From: Squalus acanthias
Taxonomy: Eukaryota
Length of the DNA stretch: 64,000 bases
Direction: 5' to 3'
Assembly (NCBI GenBank): GCA_030390025.1
Contig: CM059432.1
Span: forward strand, 26,166,001 to 26,230,000
Shown: positions 26,573 to 39,543 of the stretch, in pieces
How the letters are laid out: each line of letters opens with the position of its first letter
How positions within the stretch are numbered: the first letter of the stretch is position 1
Made by a program: the position numbers and the translations under genes
Notes under the pieces: model-generated
The model's database searches: none
Seen by the model: the letters and a program-made list of their open reading frames with translations, nothing else
What the model was told of the DNA's origin: nothing

Positions 26573-27609
26573 TTGTTTTAAATCAGTATAGGTGAGAGAT
26601 GGCAGTTTGAATGATCCTAAAAACCAAAATTTCTCAGTTGAAAAATGAAACTCCAAATGCATTTCTTAATCAGCAGAACGTGATTAATTAGGTACTAAAT
26701 TTTGAGCATCCATCTAATACTTAACAACCAGGCTTTATAAACAGGGATGAATCTTTTGGGTATGTTCAATTAAAAGTTTAATTGAAAATTAAATACTGTA
26801 CTTAGTGTCTTTTACTTCAGACCTGATTTTGTGTGGCAATCTGTTTGTGTGGCAGTCTCTATGGAAGTGTTTGGGTAGTCAAGCCATTTTCTAATGGGTG
26901 TAGGTCCATAACAGAAAAATATACAAATATACTAATCAAAAGGCAGTTAAAAACACTCTGGCACATACTAAGGTTCGGGTTAATACACTTGTTGGGGCAC
27001 AGTAAAGTGTCTGTCTATGCTACACCTAACCTGAGAGCACTTGAAGGCTGCCTCTAACACCAACATTCCTTGTTATGATGAATGCAAAAAATCAGAAATT
27101 GTAACCACAAGTAACATGAATGTAACACAATACCTCAAAAATGTATTAAACCTAGTGCTTAAAGTACCCATCTTGTTTTCATTGATGAAACTGAAATTGC
27201 TTCTACATACTTGCTACTGCAAAAAATGAAGTTTGGTAAATTTTCATGCAAATTCATTACTTAGTGATAAAACAGCAAGATGCTATAAAACAGATGGTTT
27301 TACTGGGGCTGGATTTTTGTGGATTTTGTTTCTGCCTATTTAGTGCTATATAAATGCAAGTTGTTGTTGTTGTTGCTGCAAATATAAAGACCACACAAAT
27401 GTTTACCCTATAACAGTATGCTCATGTTGGGCATGAACATTAAAACTTGTCCTTTATATCTTTCCTGCAAAAATTTCCAAGTTTATCATAAGTAGCAGAT
27501 CAAGGAACAGGATGGGAAACAGAAAAAAAAAATTACCCAGAGCAATCTATAAAGCAGAATCACAACTTACATTTATATAACACCCTTCATATAACAGAAC
27601 ATTCTAAGA

Positions 27610-29076
27610 CAGGGGTTCTCAACCTTTTTGCTTGAGGTCCCCTTCCCATGTTATAAAAATTCCACAGAGCTCCCTGTAACACAAGTATTTTTTCTGTATA
27701 AAAATTAGTTATACAATTAAACATATATATATTTATTATTTTTGTTTTACTTACTTAATGTGACTAGAAAATTGAATGCATATCTCCAGTGTAGTACTGA
27801 GAGAGTGCTGCATTGAGAGAGGTTGAAAACTAGAGGTAAGAAGTAAATGATGAGCTTTTGTGTCCTGCCAACAGGGTGAAGGAGGTCTAAAAAAAAGCCT
27901 TCCTTAATATGCACTATTGGACACACTGGTGTTACAGAATTAAGAGATGTTCCTTTTTACAGATACTCAGTTTGGTGGATTTCAATGCACTGCTAGTTAG
28001 GGCCTGATTAACTTAAGGTAGCAAGCAATTTGGGAGACAACCTCAGCGTTGGGGCATTCAACAAGTTATTTCTTGAGTGTGAAAGAATCCCACAATGCTT
28101 GTGATATTTAGAATTATATTTGTGAATGAGCAAAACTACACACACACACACACAGTTGTTAAGTCTCTTTATTACGCAGATGATTTAAAACCTATTTCAT
28201 GTACAGACTGTGTTACGTTAGCTGATCTCAGCCTGGGTGCAGTTGGGGTGATATGATTAGCTTCAGCGACCCCTGTATGAAGATCAGTTGAGAACTGCTA
28301 TGCTGCAATCGTCAAATAGCTGCTGACACTCACTGTCTAGGTTCACATATGAAGAATAGGTACTTGGGTGAGGTTTCAGAGGGCAACTAATATCTAAGGA
28401 ACCATAACCATGCAAGAAGTTATCACCTTGGGGGAAAGCAATAAGTCAACACATTGGGTAAGGGGAAAGGAAGAGAAATTCCAATCATATATTAACCTAA
28501 CCCCCTTTAATCGATAACTGGAAATTAGATGCAATTTTATTTTTTCACTACCGTCAAGTCAGAGACAAACTAACACAGGATATGACCTGAACTAGGCCCT
28601 AAACCCCAGCATCACTGGCACCCACCGGAGTGAGTGGGTGCAAAGAGGAAGCTCTCCTTTGGTGACTCTATTGTTACTGCTGGTTATTTATTATTCACTG
28701 GCTGCTGCTCCTTACTGAATAAATTGAGCAAATCCTCTATCTTTTTGATGCGGCTGGTGATAACCTCAATGTAATCCCTGTTGCCCAGTCCTGTTGTGTC
28801 TCTCTCTGCAGTGGATCGCCCTGCCCCACCATGTCTGAAGTACAACAACGTCCCCCGACCCGACCCCACTTGTAATCACTGCTTTGCATCGCTGCCCAAA
28901 GCGCCGAATAAACCAAACAACCAGATCGGCCACATCTAACCCAGAAGTGCGAGTTAGACAAAGATTAATGGTCAGAAGTGCGGCAGATTGAGACGACGGA
29001 TGAAACAAGCGTTTCTACTGGTTATTTTTGGTGGACCCCTTGAAACCTTCTCACGGTCCCCGGTTGAGAAACTCTG
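27610..29076. mobile_element. hAT (Charlie-like) non-autonomous element inside an old L2 tail
   Basis: TIRs caggggttctcaacc / rc cagagtttctcaacc (13/15). The 8-bp TSD is degenerate. Confidence 0.7.
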
Positions 29077-29129
29077 TCTTAGGTATCTTGGGGACACGGG
29101 CCCCCAAAAATGTAGTGATGTAGTATGGG

Positions 29130-29530
29130 AAGGTAAATGACAGTTGAAAAGGTAAGCTTTAAGGAAGCTTTTGAAGATGGAAGAGAGGAAACAAGCTGAA
29201 GAGCTTTAGGAAGAGAATTCCATATTGCTTGGTGGTGGTGAAAGGCTCTGCCATTAATGATTGAGCAGGTAGATGGGGATGGCCCATAGAGCAGAGTATG
29301 AGAGTAGTGGGTGCATGTTGAGATATAAACCTCAAGAATATTGTAGAAGTAAGGTGGAGTAAGGCCATGGAGGGATTTAAATAAAAGGACACGAATTCTG
29401 AAAACCGATCTACTAGGGGGCAAGAGCTAGTAAACGCCTGCAAGGATACAGTGATGGCTGTGTTGGATAGCATTTAGGCCATAGAGTTCAATGTGAATTG
29501 GAATTTATGTAGAATAGAGCTGGGGAGCTT
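29130..29530 (-). mobile_element. Old L2 3' fragment
   Basis: FRIRVLLFKSLHGLTPPY..WNSLP L2 C-terminal motif. The tail is at 27563-27609. Confidence 0.75.
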
Positions 29531-30410
29531 TTCGCAGTTTACTAATAGCTACATAAACTATTTTTATTTTAAAACCTCATCAAAACAATGCTATCAAAAT
29601 GTATATTCTACAATATATTAAAGCATTTTTCTTTCTGATGAAGTGTACTATAAATTGTGCTTCTCAACAGAAACCTTGTCATTTCATCTCTTCAATGTGC
29701 CGGCACAGTTCAGTGCAGTTTGCTGTCCTTTTTAATGAGAAACAAATCCTGCTTAAGCCACCTTCTAAGCTACCCAGAATATAGCGATTCTTTCCATCCA
29801 GTCTCGTCAGCTGAGGAACCTAAAAATGTCCCATTGATTACAGAATTATTTAACAGGAACAGACTTTGATTAAGGATTTGTTCACATACAGCAAAAAAGA
29901 TATTACTAACCACTCATTTCACAAAGATAATCCCTGAAGGTCAAGCTTTGTGACTGCATTTACTTACATCTCAAATTTATTTTTCCTTCTAATTTTCTCT
30001 CTTCCTGAAGGCACAGAGTTCTTTTTGTGGCTCCTTTCCATACGCAGCAGTTACCTTCCAGTAGCGAGTTGGCTGTCAACATCCATGTGAGCCTTGACAG
30101 TGTCTATTGGCAAACTATTCAACATGAGGGTCTTGAGTGGAAACAACGTCCTATTTTACCCTCCTTAATCCAGGGACACCAGTCCAACTGCAATACCTAT
30201 TTCACTGATCTTCAGTTGCGATTAGCTAACTCAGCATATTTCTGGTCTGTATTTCTCAACTACTCACTAGATGATCCAAGATATCAGATAGTATAATAAT
30301 AGTCGAGAGGTCAAGGATAGTGATAGAGGTGTGGCAGAGCTGGGTATCATGAATATATCTTTGAAAGTCATGCCAAAGATGTCATCAAAGGGATATCATA
30401 GAAAGACTTG

Positions 30411-30832
30411 AAAGAAAGATTTGCATTTATATCGCACCTTTCACGACCCCCGGACATCCCAAAGTGCTTTACAGCCAATTAAGTACTTTTTTGAAGTGTA
30501 GTCACTGTTGTAGGAAACGTGGCAGCCAAATTTGAACACAGCAAGCTCCCACGAACAGCAATGTGATGACCAGATCATCTGTTTTAGTGATGTTGATTGA
30601 GGGATAAATATTGGCCAGGACACCGGGGATAACTCCCCTGCTCTGCCTCTGCCATGGGATCTTTTACATCCACCGAAAGATGGCACCTCTGACAGGGCAG
30701 GGCAGCACTTCCTCAGTATTGCACTGGAGTGTCAGCCTAGATTTGTGTGCTCAGGTCTCTGGAGTGGGACTTGAACCCACAACCTTCTGACTTGGAGGAG
30801 AGGGTGCTACCAACTTAGTCACTGGCTGACAC
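30411..30832 (-). mobile_element. Deu-domain tRNA SINE, near full length
   Basis: tRNA head, Deu core and L2-like (cttt)n tail. Confidence 0.88.
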
Positions 30833-30872
30833 ATCATGCAGAAAAGGAACAGGAGTAAGCCCAGAAAGAAAG

Positions 30873-31326
30873 GAAGAACTTGACTTGTGTAATCTTTCAT
30901 TTCCCCAGAACATCCCAAAGCCATTCACACCCAATGAATTACTTTTGAAATGTAGTCACAGCCAATGAATTAATTTTGAAGTGTAGTCATTGGTGTCTTC
31001 TAGACAAATGCAGCAGCCAATTGGCGCATAGCAAGGTTCCAAAAACAGTAGAGATAAATAACTAGGTTATCTGTTTTGGTGGTGTTGGGTGAAGAATAAA
31101 TGCTGGCCACGATACCAGGAGAGCTCTCCTTCTCTTCTTCAAATAGTGCAATGAGATATTTTCCGTCCACCTGAACAGGCAGATAGGACCCTGGTTAATT
31201 TCTAACAATGCCTTACACCTGCAGCACTGCACTGAAGTATCACCCTAGATTATGCACTCAAGTTCCAAGGGGCAACTTGAACCCACAACCTCTGACTCAG
31301 AGGCAAGAGCACTTCCACTGAGTCAC
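30873..31326 (-). mobile_element. Deu-domain tRNA SINE (older copy)
   Basis: Same architecture, more diverged, with a short internal tandem duplication at ~30925-30990. Confidence 0.8.
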
Positions 31327-31341
31327 AATGACATTGGAGTA

Positions 31342-32743
31342 CAAGCTGTTCCAGTACAGCTATAACACTGGCATCTATCCGACAATGTGGAAAACTGCCC
31401 AGCTATGTCCTGTCCACAAAAAGCAGGACAAATCCAACCCAGCCAATTACCGCCCCATCAGTCTACTCTCAATCATCAGCAAAGTGATGGAAGGTGTCAT
31501 CAAGGGGCACTTACTCACCAATAATCTGCTCACTGATGCCCAGTTTGGGTTCCGCCAAGACTCGGCTCCCGACCTCATTACAGCCTTGGTCCAAGCATGG
31601 TCAACGGAGCTGAATTCCGGAGGTGAGAGTGACTGCCCTTGACATCAAGCCAGCATTTCACCGAGTGTGGCATCAAGGAGCCCTAGTACACCTGAAGTCA
31701 ATGGAAATCGGGGCAAAAACGCTCCACTGGCTGGAGTCATACCTAGCACAAAGGAAGATGGTTGTGGTGGTTGAAGGTCAATCATCACAGCCCCAGGACA
31801 TCGCTGCAGGAGTTCCTCAGGGCAGTATCCGAGGCCCAACCATCTTCAGTTGCTTCATCAATGACCTTCCCTCCAACATAAGGTCAGAAATGGGGACGTT
31901 CACTGATGACTGCACAGTGTTCAGTGCCATTCACAACTCCTCAGATAATGAAGCAGTCCATGCCCACATGCAACAAGATCTGGACGACGTTCAGGTGTGG
32001 GCTGATGAGTGGCAGTTAACATTCACGCCACACAAGTGCCAGGCAATGACTATCTCCAACAAGCGAGAGTCTAACCACCTCCCCTTGACATTCAACGGCA
32101 TTACCATCAACATCCTGGGGATCACCATTGACCAGAAACTTAAATGGACCAGCCACATAAATACTGTGGCAATAAGAGCAGGTCAGAGGCTAGGTATTCT
32201 GCGGCAAGTGTCTCACCTCCTGACTCCCCAAAGCCTTTCCACCATCTACAAGGCACAAGTAAGGAGTGTGATGGAATACTCTCCACTTGCCTGGATGAGT
32301 GCAGCTCCAACAACACTGAAGAAGCTCGACACCATCCAGGACAAAGCAGCCTGCTTGATTGGCACCCCCTCCACCACCGGCGTACCGTGGCTGCAGTGTG
32401 TACCATCTACAAGATGCACTGCAGCAACTCGCCAAGGCTTCTTCGGCAGTACCTGCCAAACCCACGACCTCTTCCACCTAGAAGGACAAGGGCATCTGCC
32501 GCATGGGAACACCAACACCTCCAAGTTCCCCTCCAAGTCACACACCATCCTGACTTAGAAGTATATCGCCGATCCTTCATTGTCGCTGTGTCAAAATCCT
32601 GGAACTCGCTCCCTAACAGCACTGTGGGAGTACCTTCACCACATGAACTGCAGCGGTTCAAGAAGGCGGCTCACCACCACCTTCTCAAGGGCAATTAGGG
32701 ATGGGTAATAACGCCCACATCCCATAAACGAATAAAAAAAAAA
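31342..32743 (+). mobile_element. CR1-group LINE (family B), 5'-truncated
   Basis: 311-aa RT ORF 31623-32558, poly-A tail, TSD gtacaa (31339-44 / 32745-50). Confidence 0.9.
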
Positions 32744-32924
32744 TGTACAAAGTGAAAGAGAAACCATTATAGGCAATATGCTGACTACATTGGGATGGGA
32801 GGAACCAAATGAGGGTAGTATCACAGAGGAAATATGCAAAACTAGATGATAGAGAAAAAACAGAAAGTAATACAGAAAGCTAAGTTAGACAGAAATTGAA
32901 GAAAACCAGAAACACAAAACAGAA

Positions 32925-33348
32925 AGAAAGAATGAATGAACTTGCATTTATATAGCACCTTTCATGAACTCAGGACATACCAAAGTACTTTTCTGAAGTG
33001 TTGTCACTGTTGTAATGTAGGAAATGTGACAGCCAATTTGCACACAGCAAGGCCCCACAAACACAAACACAATGTGATAATAATCAGATAATCTGTTTTT
33101 TAGTGATGTTGTTTGAGGGATATTGGCCAGGTCACCAGGAAGAGCTCCCCTGCTCTTCTGCAAAATAGTGCCGTGGGATCTTTTACCTTCACACTAGATT
33201 TAAAGTCTCATCCGCAAGACAGCACTTCTGATAGTGCAGCTCTCCTTCAGTACTGCACTGGAGTGTCAGTCTGGATTTTGTGCTCAAGTCTCTGGAGTGG
33301 GACTTCTGACTCAGAGGCGAAAGTGCTACCACTGAGCTATAGCTAACA
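32925..33348 (-). mobile_element. Deu-domain tRNA SINE
   Basis: Homologous to 30411-30832. Confidence 0.85.
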
Positions 33349-34994
33349 CCACAATAGTTGCTCCACTAGAAAATACAAGGTCAGATGTGCCATTAATCCA
33401 CATGAAAAACTGAACATTTACCAGGGAAGTTGAAGAATAAAAACGGAAAAATTTTAACTGAATCAAATTATGTTGGATTTATGGGACGATTGCACTGAGA
33501 TGCAATATCGAACATGTTGGATTTAACTCAAATTCAAGACTTTTAACTGGCCGTTCACACTACTGATCCAAATTTCTTTCTTCACTGATAGTAGACAACT
33601 CTATGCACTATAAATAACAATTTATACTTAATCAATTGCTCAAAGTGTGCTGAATACTGGCCATTTTCAACATTTATTAACTCTTTGACCACCATGATAC
33701 CACCTTTCACTATGTTTATAGTTCTTTATCTACCATGCTGCAGTATGCATGAGTACAGACAATTTTCAGCTCTAAGTGGTTCAAATTCTGCTTTGACTGC
33801 ACGTCACGTTTGCTCAGCATCCTGTTCAGTGCTGCAGAGAAAGATGCCTTTGGGAATAAAATCAGCAGCTTATTTTCATATTGAATTACTTCAATTTTAG
33901 ACGTGCAATACGAGAGGCTAGCTCACTGCAAATCCTCAATTATAGAAAGCAAATTACAGGAGATACTAGCTACGTGGTAATATGGGTGAAACCTGATAAA
34001 TACAACTAATTTGCTATGAAATGGTTTGCATCAGCACTTCTAATGTAGTGATGTGATTAAATTGGACTAGGTGAATTTCTGTGAGCAACTATGCAAAGTT
34101 TCTAAATGATCTTCCACAATTACACTAAAGATTTTTTTAAAGAAAATCTTGAGGACTGGTTTCTTCACTGGAAAAAAAAAGTGTTCTTACCCACCACTAA
34201 GCAATGGGTCCAAATTCAGATCAACTTTCGACCTTTATGGCGGGATGGAAAGGTATTAAGAGCCATGAGTTCGGACAATCTTAGTCCAGTGGGCATTGCT
34301 GTACACATTGCCCATACAGTGATATATATGTTAGGCGTCTCACTGAGGCCACTTGGGTGGGGTGTGGAGGGAGGCATGGAAATTAAGTGCTGCAAATAGT
34401 GACACACACACTGCAGTTCTTCCACTGTATCTTCAGTACATTAGAATGGCCAGAAACTAAGCTGGGACCCAACCTAGCGCCATAGAATCATGGATGGCCT
34501 TGTGGGAGCGGAGACTCTACCAACCCCTTACAAGGCCATTGTCAGAAATGGAGACAAGGACTCCCTTCAATGGGGTATGTTTGACGCAGGTACTTGCCAA
34601 TCAAGGCCAGGATCATGGTCTGGACCTTAACATTTTTTTAATCTTTTTTTTTATTTTCAAAAATGACCCTCTTTATAAGGGTGCTGCTGGGGGGTGGGGA
34701 GCGGAGGGGGGGTGGGGGTTGGCAATCAGGCCACCTAGGCTGGGCATTCCAGCATTGCTGGTATTGGCAAGCATCCTACATGCATCTGCCAATGGTAGCC
34801 AAATGAAGGGACCTTTTCCTCTACTGCCCCCATTTCCCATACCCAGGCCCAGCAATCTTCAGTTCACATGTCTATATATGGGCAAAAGGGAGGGGAAATC
34901 TTCCTTGCGTTGTTGGGACAATGCACCCAAGATGCATGTCAGGTCACTTGTCCAGCGTTCCATGATCAGTGGAGGGAATCTTCCATGGTAAAAC

Positions 34995-35710
34995 AACCCA
35001 AGACGCTTCACAGGAGCTTTAGCAAACAAAATTTGACGCTGACCACATAAGGAGATATTAGGACAGGTGACAAAAAGTTTGGTCAAAGAGGCAGATTTTA
35101 GGGAGCGCCTTAAAGGAGGAGAGAGAGGTAGAGAGGTTTAGCGAGGGAATTCCAGAGCTTAGGGTCTCAGCAGCAGAAGGCACGGCCGCCAATGGTGGAG
35201 CGATTAAAATAGCTGATGCCCAAGAGGCCTGAATTGGAGGAGCGCATAGACCTTGGAGGGTTGTAGGGCTGATGGAGGTTATAAAGATAGGGAGGGGTGA
35301 GGCCATGGAGGGATTTGAAAACACGCATGAAAATTTTAAAATCGAGGCGTTGAGGGTGAACGGGATTTGGTGCGAGTTAAGATACGGGCAGCAGAGTTTT
35401 GGATGAGTTCAAGTTTATGGAGGGTGGAAGATGGGAGGCCTACCAGGAAACCATTGGAATAGTCAGGTCTAGAGGTAACAAAGGCTTGGATGAGTGTTTC
35501 AGCAAGAAGATGAGCTGAAGCATGAGCAGAGACAGGCGATGTTACAGAGGCGGAAGTAGGCAATCTTGGTGATGGAGCAGATATGGGGTTGGAAGCTCAT
35601 CCCGGGCTCAAAAAGGACACCAAGGTTGCAAACAGTCTGGTTCAGCCTCAGGCAGTGGCCAGGGAGAGGGATGGAATTAGTGGTTAGGGAACAGAGTTTG
35701 TGGTGGGGAC
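34995..35710 (-). mobile_element. L2 LINE 3' fragment
   Basis: AETLIQAFVTSRPDYSN..LELIQNSAARILT motif. Confidence 0.88.
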
Positions 35711-38090
35711 CGACGTATGCTTTGTTCGTGACAAGATGTATGCTCAAAGAAAAGTCTACGTAAAAATAATCAGGAAGCAATCACAAATGGCAGCATTTTG
35801 AGTAAAGAGATTCAACTTTCACCTACTGTATGCACTGCAAGTATCTGTGGTATCAAACATTGTAAAAGTGAATATAAAAGCTGGTTTTACAACCCATTCA
35901 TACATTATCTTCTACCAAATGATGGAATTTGATCTCACCATAGCAAAATTAGCCCCTTGCATCTCAAAAAACTCAGTACACTGCTTTTTCCACACATCCT
36001 CTGGTGCACTCACTTTTTGAAAGCACAAACCAGCACACTCCAATTTTAGATATTTATGAGTATTTAATAGCTTTGTCCTGATCAAAATTCAAATGAGAAA
36101 ACTGGTTGCAGACTGTATGACATTTCCAGCTTAAATATAGTTGAATAAAGAAAGCTTAATATTCAAGCAGCACTTAAGTACAAATCCAGCTTCTGAGTCA
36201 TCCTTTACAAGATTGTTATACATTTTCTCTCTGGTCATCGTGTGTCCATGTTAAAATTTCAAGATCTTAAAGAGTCATTCTAGTTTTATATTAAGTCAGC
36301 ATCTGGTTTCTGGTCTCAAGTACCTCAGTGAACTACATCATTTTAGTAGGCTTCATTGAACTTCAATCTACTTCACAAGTCCTAAAGATTTACGATGGTA
36401 TTTCCATAGGTCTAATTCTTTAAAAAAAAACTAGGTCCAGGATCATAATTTACCTCTTACAGTTGAGGAAATGATTCGAACCCAGAGGATCATTAGCACC
36501 ATTCCTCCACTTCCCCAACTTTTTCAAAAACATCCATCTGTATAAGAACACAAGATCACAGGAACAGAAAAAGGGCACTCACCCCATCCAGTTTGCTTTG
36601 CCATCTCACATACATACATAGAATCTATAGAAACTGGCCATTTGTACTCCACACAAGCCTCCTTCCACACTAATTACCTCTTCCCACCCTGCCTCCATAT
36701 CTCTATTGCGCTTCTCCCTCATCTATGAATGAAGCCTCGGCTTAAATGTGTCAATGCTATCTGCTTCAAGCAGTCCATTTATATATTATATAATAATATG
36801 GTCATGCTTTAGGGGCTAATCTATATGACAACTAGCACTAAAGTTTTTTTTAAATCACCTTAAATGCATCAATGCTATCTGGTCCAGCCACACCATGCGG
36901 CAGCTAGTTCCACATTTTCAACATTGTATAAAGAAATTACTCCTAAATTCTATTTGATCTGTTAGTTGCTATCTTATATTTTATGCCCCCTTGTTCTGGA
37001 CTAATCCATGTTTTATAATGCTTGAGGGACAATTAGTACTAAAGTATTTTTAAATCTTTTTTGTTGCTTCATCCCCTTCTATTTGAACATTTACCAGAAC
37101 AAAGCAGAGCTGCATCATTCAACTATGCAAACAACAGATTATTGCTAAAAATTCAATTTTTTTCAATAATTCAACAAATTTAACCATACATTTACTGAAA
37201 AAAAATTCTGAGGGTTGTGATTGAAAAATAAAAGTGCCTTTTTAAATGGTTACGTCATTAATTAAAACACCCACATTTCTCATGTGGGTACTTTAATGAC
37301 TTCCAAAAAACACTACATTCTGAAATAATTTGGGACTCTGTTCTTTAATACACCCAGCCCTGTTCCCAAATCAGTTAGAGTGACAGGCATGACAGATCCG
37401 CTAATGAATCTGCCACTATACCACAATCTGTCTTGGAAACAGGATCAGGCTGTAGGTGGCAGCCCACCCACATTTAAAACGTCAACCACACACTATACAC
37501 ACATATATGAAACTTAGGCAATAAAAGGCTGCTAGAAATTGAGGAGATTGGGAAAAAGAAAGAGGGAATTAAAAAGCGATGCAATAAACGCAATGGGCTG
37601 GATTTTCATAGGGCCGTTGAGACGGGATTGGAGGCGTGTGGGGGGTTAAAATTGCAGAAACTGGCGGGCGGGCCCGATTCCACCTCCACGCAATTTTGAT
37701 GAAATCGTGTCTGCTGGTCCGTCTCCAAGAGGCGGGAGAGGCCATTAATGCCCTTAACAAGCCCTAAATTGGCTCTGTAATGCCATTTTGATAGTTTAAC
37801 CCTTTTCCCATGTGAAGCACACCTGATCTGAAACACGCCAGTGAAACCTGGCGGGAGCACAAGTGGATTGCTGACTCTCAGCTGCAGCTCAACCATTAAA
37901 TAGGAGATTTGATCAGCCATCATTTGCAGGTGGCAGGACTTTGTTGTCACAAGTCTGGGGGAACTTTTAGAAGGCATAACCACAGTTCTGGAAGTTTGGA
38001 GCCTGACACCCATTTCCAGTGTGACCTCCTGGGAAACCCCTCTCGCCACCCTCATTGAGCGCTTCCTCAACTGAGGCATATACGTGAGGC

Positions 38091-39316
38091 ATGGGAGCCA
38101 TTTATTTCTTTCCCTCCTGGGCATCCGATGAGGACGAACACCAGCCGCGGCACCAGCAGAACCATGAACAACAGCAGCACCAACAGCAGGAGCGCCAAGC
38201 TGCTGCTCACCCGCCTGAAGCTGCACAGGCCAGAAGGTGCCAGTGCATGGAAGGCCGTCGGCGCAGGAGATACCCCCCAAACAGGGTCTACAGACACAGG
38301 GTCAGCTACCTCAACATGTCTGAGCAGCAGTGCCAAAGGCGGCTCCGACTTTCACGAGAGGTAGTGGGTGACATCTGCGCAATGCTGCAACAAGACCTGG
38401 AGCCCAGAGGACCAGGTGGACACCCCTTACCAGTGGCCGTCAAAGTCACCACCGCACTCAACTTTTTTGCCTCAGGCTCATTCCAGGGATCAGCGGCATC
38501 TCCCAGGCGGCCGCACACACTTGCATCACGCAGGTAACCGATGCCCTCTTTGCCATCGCGCACAATCACATCCATTTCACCAAGGATCGAGCAAGTGTCA
38601 CGGCGCGTGCGGTTAGATTAGCTAATCTGGCAGGCTTTCCAAGGGTGCAGGGCGTCGTTGACTGCACACATGTGGCCCTTAAGGCACCCCATCGCAATCC
38701 AGGTATTTTTGTCAACTGCAAGGGCTTCCACTCCCTCAACGTTCAGCTGGTGTGTGACCACAAGAAGGAAGTTCTGCATGTTTGTGTCAAGTACCCTGGC
38801 AGTTGCCATGACTCCTTCATACTGCGCCAGTCTAGTGTGCCTCCGCTATTCAGTCCGCCAGACCAACTTCACGGATGGTTACTTGGAGACAAGGGCTATC
38901 CCCTGAAGACGTGGCTGATGACACTGTTGAGGAGCCCATCCAACACAGCTGAGGAGAGCTACAACTCCAGCTATATTTCCACCAGAGCCATAATCGAGCA
39001 AACCATCGGTATGCTGAAGATGCGCTTCAGATGCCTGGATAGATCAGGTGGAGCCCTGCAATACTCAGCAGCCAGGGTCTCCAGAATCGTCGTGGTTTGC
39101 TGTGCACTTCACAACATGGCACAGCGTCGTGGCTTGCAGATGCCGGAGGACCAAATGGCTCCTCACATAGCCTCCTCAGATGAGGAGGAGGAGGAGGTGG
39201 AGGTGGAGGAGAGAGAACGAACAACTTGCAGAGGCCCATCAACCAGTGGCAGCATTACGCGAGACCATAGCTGCCCGGAATGCAAGGAACGCACTCACCT
39301 TGGCCAGATTTGCTGA
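38091..39316 (+). pseudogene. Harbinger DDE transposase (HARBI1-like), frameshift near 38495
   Basis: [53 protein letters not shown] motifs with catalytic acidic residues retained. Confidence 0.92.
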
Positions 39317-39543
39317 GCCTAGACAATCAAGCACTTTTGCCTCGCAGCTTCTTACCAGAGCTTCGACAATGGCCCAGACCCAGCGGATCCCTAACAATTT
39401 GACCACCATACTGACAATTGCAAGTTGTCCTAAGGCCTCATTGTGGAAATCCCATTAGCGAAATGACAGACGCCACAACTGCAGCTGTAGCCATCAGAGT
39501 TTTTATTTACACTTAACACCTGATGGCTTTTTTACATTAAACA

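Noticed and set aside
34494..34991. 165-aa ORF
   Set aside because: No recognisable domain, low-complexity runs, no splice support; probably an old unclassified repeat.
37606..38280. 224-aa minus-strand ORF
   Set aside because: Antisense shadow of the GC-rich Harbinger 5' end and transposase.
38091..39316. Host genes HARBI1/NAIF1
   Set aside because: Enclosed by TIRs and a TSD, carries frameshifts and stops, and has multiple relatives in the window, so it is a transposon.
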